Shown here: in pieces, positions 30,720 through 40,773 of the stretch
How positions within the stretch are numbered: position 1 is the stretch's first letter
Layout of the letters: every line of letters begins with the position of its first letter
Virus record (IMG/VR): IMGVR_UViG_3300042526_000765
Span: 1 to 63,826 of that record
Source of the DNA: a virus
Taxonomy: Duplodnaviria > Caudoviricetes
DNA length: 63,826 nt
Direction: 5' to 3' (one strand)
Notes under the pieces: model-generated
Databases searched by the model: none
Seen by the model: only the letters and a program-made list of their open reading frames with translations
What the model was told of the DNA's origin: nothing
Program-made: the position numbers and the translations under genes

Positions 30720-30902
30720 TTATTCCTCAGAACACTTTTTGCATCCAAGTTTTTCTTTTAGTTTCTTAAATCGTTTTTTACCTACGTTACCTTTGGTAAA
30801 CTCTTTTGCAACTTCTTGACTGATTCCTACTTTTTTAGCAAACTCAGGATTAGTTTCTGCTGCTTTCATTAATCTAAATTGTGCCTTACTTTTTGCTGGC
30901 AT
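30720..30902 (-). CDS. Small basic conserved phage protein
   Basis: MPAKSKAQFRLMKAA...PEFAKKVGISQEVAKEF, a pattern I recall from podoviruses. Confidence 0.8.
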   Translation of the reverse strand: MPAKSKAQFRLMKAAETNPEFAKKVGISQEVAKEFTKGNVGKKRFKKLKEKLGCKKCSEE

Positions 30903-30919
30903 ATATTATTCCTTTCTAA

Positions 30920-33208
30920 TTATTTTTTTAAGTAATAATTAAGACCCGAAGATGGAGATGCTAAATTAGGGAGTGTTTTTCTTAAGGGACACAGTAAAAA
31001 TTGACCCGCTGAACTATTAGCATTGCTATTTAAAATACCAATTCCAGCATCTTTTGGAATGGCTCCTAAAGGAAATGCAGGAGCTGTGCCTGTATATATT
31101 GTAGTGCTGTCTGCTCCAGCTATAGCAACTCCGTTAACAATTTGTACACTAACTACTTTAAAAGAGGAAGAAGATATAATATTTCCTATAGAGAAATGTA
31201 AAATTTTATCGGTGCTATTATAGGAATAGAAAGAATTGCTACGGGATGTTGGACTAAATAGAGACGATCTTAGATAAAAAGCAGCTCCAATAGATCCTCC
31301 CCAAGTACTGTTTACAATTGTTGCTGTAACGCTCCATGTATCTGTTCCTGAGTTATATTTAAGACTTCTCATTGCAAAAGATGTTCCATTGTAAAATGGA
31401 ATTAGGATGTCTGTTGATGTAAATATTTCTTGTGATTCAACTCCGCTTACAGAATCTCCTACACCTCCAAAAATTCCGGCAGCAGTTGTTCCATCAGGAA
31501 ATCCATCTACAACGGAATGGATATTATATGAATTTGTTATAGAGTTATATTTTAAAAATCTAGATCTATATACCGCAGATGGGGTATCGTACAAAGATAT
31601 TAAACCCCAATTCTCCCAAAATATCATGGCTCCTGCTATTCCTGTTGGTGAAGTTATTGGCAATAAGCTATCCACTGTTGTAGTTGATGCCGACCAAGTT
31701 TCCGAGCTTCTTTCATATAGGGTTATAGTAGCTCCCGTTCGAACTGAAAGATAGTCTTTTCCTCTAGTAGTAAAAGCGTACGCATTTCCTTTTATTGCTT
31801 CTCCTAAATTTATAGTTTGAGTTAATGATAAAGAAGACGTAGCTTCGTTGAATTTTAAAACAAAAATATTAAAGGATGCTTGACCATATATAAAAATATA
31901 AGGATACAAAAGACATGTAACATTTTTAAAATCACTTGCAATTGTAGGTATCCCTAATGTTGCGTCAACTCTAGTAAAAGAGCCTAAATTTCTAGCTGTA
32001 GGATTATACACTGCTGTATATAAATTTCCAGTATTAGTAGCACCAGAATCTCCGCCAGTGGCAGCAATTAATGCAAATGTATCTGATAACCAGTGTAATT
32101 TATTATTGGCATTTGCTGTAAGATCTGATGGATTTATAGTTTGAATTGCTGAACTTAATTCAGTTCCAAATAAAGAATACAGTTCAGTATTTTCATTTTT
32201 ATAAAGAGTTCCCCCATTTGCCAAAGTCCAATTAGTACCGGGATCTGCATAGGAAAGTTTTGAATCTCCTGCTTTAAAAACACTATTAGCTGCAGAAGAA
32301 ACAAATTCGGTTGTAGCAATTTGCGTTGTATTTGTTCCAGAAGAAGCGGTTGGAGCTGTAGGTGTTCCTGTTAGAGCTGGCGAAGCTAAAGGAGCTTTAC
32401 TAGATAAAGCTGGGACAGTTGGTAAATCAGCCGTACCTCCAAGATCTCCTGCTAGTTTTACAATACCTTTAACTGAAGTTGTAGCGTCATTTACACCTAT
32501 TGTACCAGATGCAGATAATTGAAGTGAATCTCCAACTTCTGTAATGGTAATATTAGACCCTGCTGACAAGGATTTTAACTCCAGAGTAGAACCGCTTTTT
32601 TGCTTGAAAACTCCAGATCCTGTTCCTACATTAGATGCAGTATTAATTCTAGAGTCTACGTCAGTTTGAAGTTCTTGTAGAGCTGCTTGTACATCAGTAG
32701 ATGCAAGTGTACCAGATGCAATTACTGAAATAGCAGAAGCATCATGAGCATCTGAGGAATCTGCAATATGCCCTTGTAAAGTAACCCAAGTTTCTCCAAT
32801 AGCACCTTGAACATCATTGGAAGTTATGGTAAATGCGGATTTATCAAAAGAAATGGCTGCTGCATCGTGAGCATCTGAAAAATCATTAAGATGTGCAGTT
32901 AAAGATGCGCTAGTAGCTCTGCTGTCAATATCACTTTGTAGTTCTGCTAATGCTGCATTTAGCTCTGTACTAGACAAGTTACCTGAGGCGGCAGTTAGTA
33001 TACTATTACTACTAGCAATTATTGTTTTGTTTGTAAGAGACTGCCCTTGAGAGTTAGTAATAACTTCTCTAACGGCTCCACCAATGTAAGTCTTAAGTCT
33101 GCTCTCACTAAAATTGTGGAATATCGATCCTTCTTTATTATCGGAAGGATCAGAAGTTTCTCCTACAAGAAGAATTCCTTTTAGAAATCGTTTAAATACA
33201 TTTGCCAT
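30920..33208 (-). CDS. Tail fibre / receptor-binding protein
   Basis: AHDAAAIS repeats, DATTSVKGIVKL, KAPLASPALTGTPTAPT...TQIATTEFV, collar-like segments flanking a beta-rich insert. Confidence 0.85.
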   Translation of the reverse strand: MANVFKRFLKGILLVGETSDPSDNKEGSIFHNFSESRLKTYIGGAVREVITNSQGQSLTNKTIIASSNSILTAASGNLSSTELNAALAELQSDIDSRATSASLTAHLNDFSDAHDAAAISFDKSAFTITSNDVQGAIGETWVTLQGHIADSSDAHDASAISVIASGTLASTDVQAALQELQTDVDSRINTASNVGTGSGVFKQKSGSTLELKSLSAGSNITITEVGDSLQLSASGTIGVNDATTSVKGIVKLAGDLGGTADLPTVPALSSKAPLASPALTGTPTAPTASSGTNTTQIATTEFVSSAANSVFKAGDSKLSYADPGTNWTLANGGTLYKNENTELYSLFGTELSSAIQTINPSDLTANANNKLHWLSDTFALIAATGGDSGATNTGNLYTAVYNPTARNLGSFTRVDATLGIPTIASDFKNVTCLLYPYIFIYGQASFNIFVLKFNEATSSLSLTQTINLGEAIKGNAYAFTTRGKDYLSVRTGATITLYERSSETWSASTTTVDSLLPITSPTGIAGAMIFWENWGLISLYDTPSAVYRSRFLKYNSITNSYNIHSVVDGFPDGTTAAGIFGGVGDSVSGVESQEIFTSTDILIPFYNGTSFAMRSLKYNSGTDTWSVTATIVNSTWGGSIGAAFYLRSSLFSPTSRSNSFYSYNSTDKILHFSIGNIISSSSFKVVSVQIVNGVAIAGADSTTIYTGTAPAFPLGAIPKDAGIGILNSNANSSAGQFLLCPLRKTLPNLASPSSGLNYYLKK

Positions 33209-33217
33209 TTTATATCC

Positions 33218-33556
33218 TTAGCAAGGCTTAACCATTATTCCCTTAGTAAAAAATACTTCAGGTTCGATAATTTGTTTAACTACAAAACTAACTTGTTCTT
33301 CTTGTACAACTACCTCATTTCCTTCAGCATCTGTACTAGGAACTTCAACAATGTCTGTCTTCTTCTCTTTAATAATCAATTGCTTAGAGGCTGAGAACTC
33401 AAAATGCTCAGGAACAGAGTCAAGACTAATGAAATGTACGAGATCGACTTGTCCTTCGTCCATCTTAAGGTTTCTACAAGTAGCGGAGATAAAAATATCT
33501 CCCATTTGATTTGACCAAAAGTTTACTAGCTCATCGTTTTTAAAAATTGCAAACAT
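33218..33556 (-). CDS. Hypothetical protein in fibre cluster (possible chaperone)
   Basis: AGGAG RBS; between fibre genes. Confidence 0.7.
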   Translation of the reverse strand: MFAIFKNDELVNFWSNQMGDIFISATCRNLKMDEGQVDLVHFISLDSVPEHFEFSASKQLIIKEKKTDIVEVPSTDAEGNEVVVQEEQVSFVVKQIIEPEVFFTKGIMVKPC

Positions 33557-33571
33557 ATATTACTCCTTTTA

Positions 33572-33952
33572 TTAAATTGTGTACTCTTCTACAACTGCTC
33601 TCCAAGTAAGAGTGCCTGATATTACTGTTCCTGTTGGACACCAAAAATCTTGAACAACTACTTTTTGATCTGCAGTTGACGTAAAAGCGGAACCTGTTCC
33701 TGTACTAGATGTTGTAAGTAAAGCTGGGGATGGGGTTCCAAGTACTAAACTTGAGCCGCTTAAAATATTATTTTGAGTTCCCCTAAGGGCTAAAACAGCG
33801 TTTATTGTAAACGTCGCAGACCCTTCTAAATTAACCAAAACTCTAGCATATCGTCCTGCAGGAATAGTATATGAAGCTGTTTTTACTGAAATACTTGCAG
33901 GAGGAGTAAAGCTTCCGCTAGAAGTTGAAGGAATATAAACTGAAGATGACAT
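33572..33952 (-). CDS. Putative structural protein, paralogue of 34386..35048
   Basis: Shared PPASISxKTASYTIPxGRYA N-terminus and PxGTV...EY C-terminus. Confidence 0.75.
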   Translation of the reverse strand: MSSSVYIPSTSSGSFTPPASISVKTASYTIPAGRYARVLVNLEGSATFTINAVLALRGTQNNILSGSSLVLGTPSPALLTTSSTGTGSAFTSTADQKVVVQDFWCPTGTVISGTLTWRAVVEEYTI

Positions 33953-33961
33953 AAATTCTCC

Positions 33962-34372
33962 TTATGCGTACATTATAACTTGAAATGATCCAGTAAAAGT
34001 AGCAGGTACTGCTGTCATATCCAATCTTAGATAATCTCCCTCAGAAACGCTAGTAACTGATAAAGTTCCTGTGCTAGTAGCATAATCTGCTATAAGAGAA
34101 AAATCAAAAGTAGGTAATACAGAAAATACTGAAACCATTCCTGTGTCGTCTGGTGTCGTATTTTTCTTTACATCGATTGTTAATGACCCAGAAGCTGTAG
34201 CTCCCTTTTCAAATATTTGTGCTTTAAAATATACTATTTCTAGATTTCTTGGAGCTTTGAAATGTAAAAGACCTAAAACAGAAGTATCTGCAGATCCTTT
34301 AGTCACAATGACATTAAAGATCTCAATCCTTTCTTCCGATTGCATTTCATAAGGTACTTTAGTTAATGCCAT
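33962..34372 (-). CDS. Putative structural protein matching the C-terminal domain of 35061..36560
   Basis: LGLLHF/LGLTYF, QIFEKG/QIFTKG, LRLDMTAVPA/LRVDLTQIPA. Confidence 0.75.
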   Translation of the reverse strand: MALTKVPYEMQSEERIEIFNVIVTKGSADTSVLGLLHFKAPRNLEIVYFKAQIFEKGATASGSLTIDVKKNTTPDDTGMVSVFSVLPTFDFSLIADYATSTGTLSVTSVSEGDYLRLDMTAVPATFTGSFQVIMYA

Positions 34373-34385
34373 ATGTTACCTCTTA

Positions 34386-35048
34386 TTAAACTATATATTC
34401 CGTAACTGTATATTTTACTCCATCTAGTACAGTTCCCGAAGGAACTAAAAAATCGTCCTTAGAAAAGGACGCAGAAAATCCTGTATGGGTTACAGTACCA
34501 GATGCTCTATAGGTCGAAAAGCTTAAGCCACAAGTAGAAATATTTGAGGCTCCATTCGTAATAAGTGGGACCCCTCCCGAAGGAGCGTAAGGTATTTGGT
34601 TTTCATAGTTAAGAGGGTTAAGATAAGAAGTCCTAGTTGTAGTAAAAGATGCGTCAATATAAAACAAACCGCCATAAGCTTGATTCGCCATCGACCAAAG
34701 AAAGTACTGATAATTACCGGAAAGATAATAAGACAGCATAGCAAAATCGCATCTAGTTTCATTTCCTGCGTTGCTTATCGTGCTTGTTCTAGTTGTTTTA
34801 ATAAAATCACATCTACTATCAGGAAGAATATAGTCAATAGCCTGTCCAGTCGCAGACTGTACCCTATTAAATGAATTTAAAATAGTGTAGTGCGCTACTG
34901 CATTGACAGTTAAATCGCCATGTAGATTTCTTATAACTGCATATCGTCCTGTAGGAATAGTATAAGATGCTGTTTTAATAGATATACTTGCAGGAGGGTC
35001 CATTTTGGCTGTAGTAGTAGACGATGGTATGTATAAAGGTGCTGACAT
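34386..35048 (-). CDS. Putative structural protein, paralogue of 33572..33952 with a larger insert
   Basis: Shared termini, unrelated middle. Confidence 0.75.
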   Translation of the reverse strand: MSAPLYIPSSTTTAKMDPPASISIKTASYTIPTGRYAVIRNLHGDLTVNAVAHYTILNSFNRVQSATGQAIDYILPDSRCDFIKTTRTSTISNAGNETRCDFAMLSYYLSGNYQYFLWSMANQAYGGLFYIDASFTTTRTSYLNPLNYENQIPYAPSGGVPLITNGASNISTCGLSFSTYRASGTVTHTGFSASFSKDDFLVPSGTVLDGVKYTVTEYIV

Positions 35049-35060
35049 AATTTCTCCTAA

Positions 35061-36560
35061 TTAATTTGAAAATCCATAAACTCTCACATGTAGTGCTGTT
35101 AAATTTGCGGGAATTTGAGTTAAATCAACTCGTAAAAAAATTCCAGCGTTTAGACTAGAAAGTGAGGGATCTATAGTGCCAATTGATGCATCATAATCCA
35201 ATGCTGTTGCTATATCAATAATTGGTTTAGTTGTCATTATACTTGCATATCCAGCTCCAGCTCCTTCTAAATTATTAGATCTTAAAACATCTAATTCTAA
35301 GTTTCCAGTTGTAGAAGATCCTTTAGTGAATATCTGAATTTCTACACCTGTTACAGTAATAGGTAGTGAAGTTGGCACTCTAAAATAAGTAAGTCCTAAT
35401 AAAGAGCTTAAATTAGAATTTCCTAATATAATTGGACAATTTAAAATTTCTACATACTTTGATACTCTTGGTAAGTCTGCTGTTCCACCAAGATCTCCAG
35501 CTAACTTTACAACGCCTTTAACTGAAGACGTAGCATCTGGTAATGAACCCACTGCCGACAATGATAACATTTTAACTTCAATGTTTCCTGTTCCTGTAGG
35601 AGGAGCTTCAGTGAATTGTAAAGAAGTACTAGTAACACTATATGTTGCTTTGTTTTGATAAACTCCGTTCACATATACTTGAGTATTATCTTTACTTAAT
35701 GGATTTATAGATAATGTAAATGTTACGGTGGAGTTATCCCCATTGAACGTGTCTATTGTAGTAGATACTACACTTCCACCTCCGCCGCCGCCACCTGAAA
35801 TAATTACGTGTCTATCTATTGTACTTGTATACATATACCAGATCATCGAATTATTTTTAAAAGTAAAATTGCTTCCATCTGGAGTATAAAATCTATTAGA
35901 TGCTGTAGCTATTGTTGAGTCATTATGGATGATAGTTACATCAGCACCTGTCTCATTGCTTAAAACAAACAGTCTTCCTGATGTAGGAGAAGCTATTCCA
36001 CCAACAGATACTAATCCAGAACCAGTTAACCGTAATCTTGCATAAGTATTTGAGGCTAATAGTACATTAGATCCTGTAGAAGTATCGGCTGCGCTACCTT
36101 GTAAAGCAAGAACCTGATTAGCTACAAGTGCTTGATTAGCTATTAATTGATTTGAAGTTATAATACCTGCGTCAGATAATGTAGTTCCCGATACTGCATC
36201 AATTACTTTTCCTGTAGTTCCATCAAATCTTGCTATCTGAGTGTCTACGGAACTTACAGGACCAGCTACTCTTGTGTCAATATCGAGTTGAAGTTCGTTT
36301 AAAGCTGCATTTAATTCCGTACTAGAAAGATTACCTACCGCCGTTGTTACGACAGTATTACTGCTAACATTGATCGTTTTATTTGTAAGGGTTTGACTTT
36401 GAGAGTTTGTAAGTATTTGTCTAACTGCGCCTTCAATATAAGTTTTTAATCTACTATCGCTACTGTTATGAAATACTGAGCCTTCTATATTGTCAGATAT
36501 ATCAGAAGATTCTCCTCTGAGAATTAAACCTTTAAAAAATCTAGTTAATATATTTGACAT
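35061..36560 (-). CDS. Fibre protein sharing its N-terminal anchor with 30920..33208
   Basis: First ~95 aa closely similar; DATSSVKGVVKLAGDLGGTADLP shared; IARFDGTTGKVI and FNGDNSTVTFTL modules. Confidence 0.8.
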   Translation of the reverse strand: MSNILTRFFKGLILRGESSDISDNIEGSVFHNSSDSRLKTYIEGAVRQILTNSQSQTLTNKTINVSSNTVVTTAVGNLSSTELNAALNELQLDIDTRVAGPVSSVDTQIARFDGTTGKVIDAVSGTTLSDAGIITSNQLIANQALVANQVLALQGSAADTSTGSNVLLASNTYARLRLTGSGLVSVGGIASPTSGRLFVLSNETGADVTIIHNDSTIATASNRFYTPDGSNFTFKNNSMIWYMYTSTIDRHVIISGGGGGGGSVVSTTIDTFNGDNSTVTFTLSINPLSKDNTQVYVNGVYQNKATYSVTSTSLQFTEAPPTGTGNIEVKMLSLSAVGSLPDATSSVKGVVKLAGDLGGTADLPRVSKYVEILNCPIILGNSNLSSLLGLTYFRVPTSLPITVTGVEIQIFTKGSSTTGNLELDVLRSNNLEGAGAGYASIMTTKPIIDIATALDYDASIGTIDPSLSSLNAGIFLRVDLTQIPANLTALHVRVYGFSN

Positions 36561-36571
36561 TAGAATCCTAA

Positions 36572-37024
36572 TTATATTAAAATAGCAGTACCTTTAAATT
36601 TAATCTTTCCAGATCCAACAAATACACCACTAGTATATACTACTTGTCCTGAATTTTCAACTTCTAACTTTATACCAGAATCTCCAAAACCTTCAATAGT
36701 GTAATCCCATGAAGATCCCTTATTAATTCCTTCAATTAAGAATTCTTCATTAACAGTTGATGAAATGTAGATATATCCACGAACAGAAAAAGAGCGTATT
36801 GTAAGAGGATCAAAGAAAAAATTAGGTATTACTTCTTTAGTTTTACTAGGGGATATAGTAGCAGATGTTTCTAGTAAATCACCGGGTCCCTTTAGTGAAT
36901 TTAAAACACTTGTAACTTCAGTAGCCCAACCGCTTGCAGCTTCCCCCCAAGGTTGTTGTTCTCCTTGCTCAGGATACTCAAATGGAATATTATTTACAAT
37001 TAATGTTATTGCCATATTGGACAC
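36572..37024 (-). CDS. Putative structural protein
   Basis: C-terminal part resembles the C-terminal domain of 26297..29746 (RSFS...GQVxY...KF). Confidence 0.7.
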   Translation of the reverse strand: MSNMAITLIVNNIPFEYPEQGEQQPWGEAASGWATEVTSVLNSLKGPGDLLETSATISPSKTKEVIPNFFFDPLTIRSFSVRGYIYISSTVNEEFLIEGINKGSSWDYTIEGFGDSGIKLEVENSGQVVYTSGVFVGSGKIKFKGTAILI

Positions 37025-37033
37025 CTCAATACA

Positions 37034-37043
37034 TATATTTGTT
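37034..37043 (-). promoter_or_regulatory. Putative late promoter AACAAATATA
   Basis: Downstream of the capsid terminator and upstream of the GAGG RBS of the fibre operon. Confidence 0.7.
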
Positions 37044-37055
37044 ATTTAAGTGTAT

Positions 37056-37086
37056 AAAATAAAAGGGGAAGCCGAAGCCTCCCCTT
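37056..37086 (-). terminator. Rho-independent terminator after the major capsid gene
   Basis: GGGGAGGC-TTCG-GCTTCCCC followed by TTTTATTTT. Confidence 0.92.
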
Positions 37087-37115
37087 ATTAGTTACATTGC
37101 ATAACTGTTTGAAAA

Positions 37116-38336
37116 TTAAGCTACACCCGGAGCAATGTTAGTGAATACTAGTTGATGACCGATCTTTGTACAGAACAAAGCTTGGTTTGTATAACAACGA
37201 ATACCAACACCAGCATTATTTTCCAATAAATGGAAGAAATCTTCATTGCTTAGAGGGTTCTTGAAAGTAAGATCTGTAGATCCAACTCTTAGGAATTGAT
37301 CATGATTGATAGCGTAAGCATTACCTTCTTTTACGAAGATAGAAGATACGATAGTCATTTTACCATTCTGAGAGAAGAACTCAAGAGCTTCAGAACCATT
37401 CTGAGCTGTTGCAGACTTATAAGAAACGTCAAAACGACGAGAACCAGCTTGTTCAGTCATTAGATCAGCCCAAGAAGATGGGTTAACATAAACTGTAACG
37501 TCTGATTGAAGACCTTTTGCCACTGGTTTTGCAAGACCAACTGCAAGTTTCTTGAAAGTTAATTGAGTACCTGCTGCTGAGTGAGAGTTACCTTTCCAAA
37601 GAGAGTATTGAGAAGCAGAAATACCAAATAGAGATCCAGTATTTGTGATGATCTTATGAAGACCAGCCATCTCTTTACCTTTTGAACCGTATTCAAATAC
37701 AGTTTTTGGAGTACCAGCAGGAAGTGCATCTACTGTAATTGTTTTATTATCAAAGTCAACTGCAGTTACTTTACAGTCACCAAGAAGATTATCAGCAGAA
37801 TCATAAAGTTCTACTCTCATATTCTCAGCACCACCCCAAATTCCCGGAGCCCAATGTCCAGCAGAAATTGGAAGAGTATTACCAGAAGCAGCTCCAACTT
37901 CAGCTAGTCCCGATTGTCCGTAGAAAAGACGAATTTCAAGTTTTTTAGACATAGAATCCATCATAGCTTGGAAGATATACTTTGTAGCTTCTTCGAAAGC
38001 TCTTTCACCTGCAGAATCTGCAGCGAACATAGTGTCAAATGCCATCGCAGAGCGAAGAACCATTTGATAACCACGAATTGAAGCTTGCTTAATTGTACCT
38101 GAGATAGGTGGATTAAGAGCAAAAGCACCTTCATCTGGTTCAGCAAAGCTTACGCCATGCTCCATACCAAGGATAACTGATTGATTATAGTCAGCACCCG
38201 GACGCTTTTCTTTACGTACGAATTTGATAGCGTTAAGAAGTTTAACTCCATCTGGGATTAAGTTTTCTAGTTTACCATCGTAAACTTTTTTGTACAAACC
38301 ATTTAGGTTGTCTAGTGTGTTAGCTGTTCCACTCAT
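37116..38336 (-). CDS. Major capsid protein
   Basis: 406 aa; downstream of scaffold; followed by a strong terminator; LNGLYKKVY N-terminus and EMAGLHKII pattern. Confidence 0.85.
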   Translation of the reverse strand: MSGTANTLDNLNGLYKKVYDGKLENLIPDGVKLLNAIKFVRKEKRPGADYNQSVILGMEHGVSFAEPDEGAFALNPPISGTIKQASIRGYQMVLRSAMAFDTMFAADSAGERAFEEATKYIFQAMMDSMSKKLEIRLFYGQSGLAEVGAASGNTLPISAGHWAPGIWGGAENMRVELYDSADNLLGDCKVTAVDFDNKTITVDALPAGTPKTVFEYGSKGKEMAGLHKIITNTGSLFGISASQYSLWKGNSHSAAGTQLTFKKLAVGLAKPVAKGLQSDVTVYVNPSSWADLMTEQAGSRRFDVSYKSATAQNGSEALEFFSQNGKMTIVSSIFVKEGNAYAINHDQFLRVGSTDLTFKNPLSNEDFFHLLENNAGVGIRCYTNQALFCTKIGHQLVFTNIAPGVA

Positions 38337-38350
38337 AATTTATTTCCTTT

Positions 38351-38767
38351 TTACTTTTTAAGATAATCAATAATTAAACGACATTCGCAATCATTTGCAC
38401 CTGCAAGATTGACATCGCTATCAATAATAACTACAATATGTTCGTCTGATACAGTTGCTGAAGCTATTGAAGATGTTCCTGTAATAGAAACTACTTCTGC
38501 TTTTAATACCTTATCAACAGGTCCCACAGCGGCTTTATCAAGAACAATAGAAAATACTCCATCAGAGTCGTCAGGAGATCCTGCTGAAACAGATGCTGGC
38601 TTTTCTGAAGTTTGACCTTCACATACAATAATTGCTACTCCCGGTAAATCGCTTGATCTTTTTTTACTAGCTGGAGTTGCGTTTCCTTCTACTTTTACTT
38701 GTACTGCCACTCGTTTTTGTTTCAAAAGACGGGACTGGAGTACTGAACTTTTTTCCAATGTTTCCAT
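38351..38767 (-). CDS. Putative capsid decoration / minor capsid protein
   Basis: Beta-rich 138 aa ORF co-transcribed with the capsid gene. Confidence 0.55.
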   Translation of the reverse strand: METLEKSSVLQSRLLKQKRVAVQVKVEGNATPASKKRSSDLPGVAIIVCEGQTSEKPASVSAGSPDDSDGVFSIVLDKAAVGPVDKVLKAEVVSITGTSSIASATVSDEHIVVIIDSDVNLAGANDCECRLIIDYLKK

Positions 38768-38885
38768 TTTTTTTCCTTTTTTATTTTTATAAATAATTTA
38801 ATCTTTTGAATAACACAAATTAAAGCATCGATATTCTGAGGGCAGGAAGCTTGCTTAGAAGTCTATCTTATTGTAATTACCCAAA

Positions 38886-38895
38886 TATATTTGTT
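38886..38895 (-). promoter_or_regulatory. Putative late promoter AACAAATATA (capsid operon)
   Basis: Overlaps the scaffold stop; about 120-nt leader to 38767. Confidence 0.65.
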
Positions 38896-39835
38896 AACCC
38901 CTTAGAGAATTAAAGAAATCCTTAGCTTTAATCTTTTGAGCCTCTCCTTCTTTTTTACTAGAAGCACCAGTATCTTGAGTTTTTAAAGGTGATTTAGGAG
39001 CATTCTCTTTTGGTTTAACTGCTTGAATTTGTTTATTTCTAATTTGACGAATTCTATCTTTAGATACTAGCATTTCAACTTCATCATCAGAAAGAATTCC
39101 TAACATTTCAGCAATATCTTTTTTATATTGTTGTTTTACAAAAGGAATAAGATCAGCAATTGGAAGATCAATTCCATTAGAATATGCAATATAAGCCAAG
39201 TCTGCTAATTTTTTAGAAATATATGTAGACTTAGGAAGTTCTCCAACTTCAATAGCTTGTACAATTTCACTTTCCAATTGAATAGCTGCTTCTTGCTCAA
39301 GTCTTTGTCTTTCAGAAGATCTGCGTTCTTCTTCCAATGCTTCTTTTTCTGCTAAAAGTTCTTCATATCTTCTTTTAGTTTCTTCCATTTCTAATTGTTC
39401 TGGAGTTTTTTGACTATTTTCTAAATCTTCACGTAAAATAGCTTCTGCTAATTCTCTTTTTTGTTCTTTTGTAAGGTTAAATTCAGGACTCATTACAATA
39501 GAAAGTGGATTTGAAGTAAACTGTTCTAAAAATTCTTGCACATCTCCTTGAATTTCTTCAAGTTGACGAGCAGTAATTGATCTTTCTTGGAAGGCTTGCT
39601 GGGCAGCTTTTTCCATTTGTAAAGCTTTGGTAATTCTTTCTTTATCTCGAATATTAATTCGTTCTTTAATTTCTTTACCATTTACTTTTAAATTAAATTC
39701 TTCCCATTCTTCTTGAGTCATTGATTTTGGTTTTTCACTAGACTCACTTGCTTGTAAAGATTCATCCGATTCTAAGTTATCAGATGATTCACTAGACTCT
39801 GAAACTGAACTTTCAACTGAAGTATTTTCCGACAT
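38894..39835 (-). CDS. Capsid scaffolding protein
   Basis: Acidic Ser/Glu N-terminus, LKVNGKEI motif, long coiled coil, basic C-terminus; between portal and capsid. Confidence 0.8.
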   Translation of the reverse strand: MSENTSVESSVSESSESSDNLESDESLQASESSEKPKSMTQEEWEEFNLKVNGKEIKERINIRDKERITKALQMEKAAQQAFQERSITARQLEEIQGDVQEFLEQFTSNPLSIVMSPEFNLTKEQKRELAEAILREDLENSQKTPEQLEMEETKRRYEELLAEKEALEEERRSSERQRLEQEAAIQLESEIVQAIEVGELPKSTYISKKLADLAYIAYSNGIDLPIADLIPFVKQQYKKDIAEMLGILSDDEVEMLVSKDRIRQIRNKQIQAVKPKENAPKSPLKTQDTGASSKKEGEAQKIKAKDFFNSLRG

Positions 39836-39908
39836 ACGATCCTTTTTACGCCCAATACAGGGTAGTTATAAGTTAAAGCATCACATTATTGTGGTAGCTT
39901 ATTCTATG

Positions 39909-39918
39909 TACATTTGTT
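39909..39918 (-). promoter_or_regulatory. Putative late promoter AACAAATGTA (scaffold)
   Basis: Intergenic, upstream of 39835. Confidence 0.7.
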
Positions 39919-39920
39919 TA

Positions 39921-40772
39921 TTAATAACCGAATTTTCTTTTTCTTTGATTTAAATAATCTTGATAATTTAAAATTTTAGACATGTCTTCTATATCTTTAC
40001 TTTCTTGTTCTCCTGCCATTTTCTCTGCTTTAGATGGGCGAATATCAGGCTCTCCTCCAGTTTCTTCGACAACTTTCTTAACTTCAGTTTCTACTAATTG
40101 CTTTTCTAACTTTTTAAGTTTAGCTTCATCTTGCATTTCTTTAAATTTTTTATCAAAATCAGATATTCCTTGTTGTAAATAAGTAGCAGGATCAGATTTT
40201 TCAGCCGCTTCTCCAATTTTATTAACTATCTCAGCAGCTTTACTTTCCGGAGCTAATAAAGATGTACCCAATCCTAAAGCAGAAGCAAGCAATCCAAATT
40301 TTCCACCTTTTTTCAAAATGTTACCTTTAGCAAAAGCTTTAGATTCCTCTATTCTTTGCGCTGCTCTCTTAGCTTCTATTGCTTTTTTATCTACTAAAGC
40401 TGCTTCTCTTTCTAGTCTTTGTTTGGAAATCTGTTCTTTTAATTTTTTAGTTTCTTCTAATTTTTTAATATTTTCAATTTGTTGTGGGCTTTTTAAATCT
40501 AATACTTTTTTATAAGAATCGTCCGCTTTTTTTGTTATTGTCCCTACTGGTGTTTTATTTTTTGCTAAATCTTCTTCTAAAAATTCAACTAACTCATCAC
40601 TTAGTTTATCAAATTCCGAAGCTCCCTTTGCAATTTTTGGAGGTTCTGATTTGTATTTAGAGCTAATAATTTCAGATGGAATAACTGTCTCAGAAGCTTT
40701 TACTATCTTAGAAGATAAATTTTTACTACTTGGTTGATTTTGTATGGCTTCTAAAATTTTATTTTTTTTCAT
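39921..40772 (-). CDS. Lys/Glu-rich late protein with hydrophobic Gly/Ala segment
   Basis: GGKFGLLASALGLGTSLLAP; lies between portal and scaffold. Confidence 0.75.
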   Translation of the reverse strand: MKKNKILEAIQNQPSSKNLSSKIVKASETVIPSEIISSKYKSEPPKIAKGASEFDKLSDELVEFLEEDLAKNKTPVGTITKKADDSYKKVLDLKSPQQIENIKKLEETKKLKEQISKQRLEREAALVDKKAIEAKRAAQRIEESKAFAKGNILKKGGKFGLLASALGLGTSLLAPESKAAEIVNKIGEAAEKSDPATYLQQGISDFDKKFKEMQDEAKLKKLEKQLVETEVKKVVEETGGEPDIRPSKAEKMAGEQESKDIEDMSKILNYQDYLNQRKRKFGY

Positions 40773-40773
40773 A

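Noticed and set aside
21613-36560. Diversity-generating retroelement acting on fibres
   Set aside because: No reverse transcriptase in the window and no repeat pair differing only at adenines was seen
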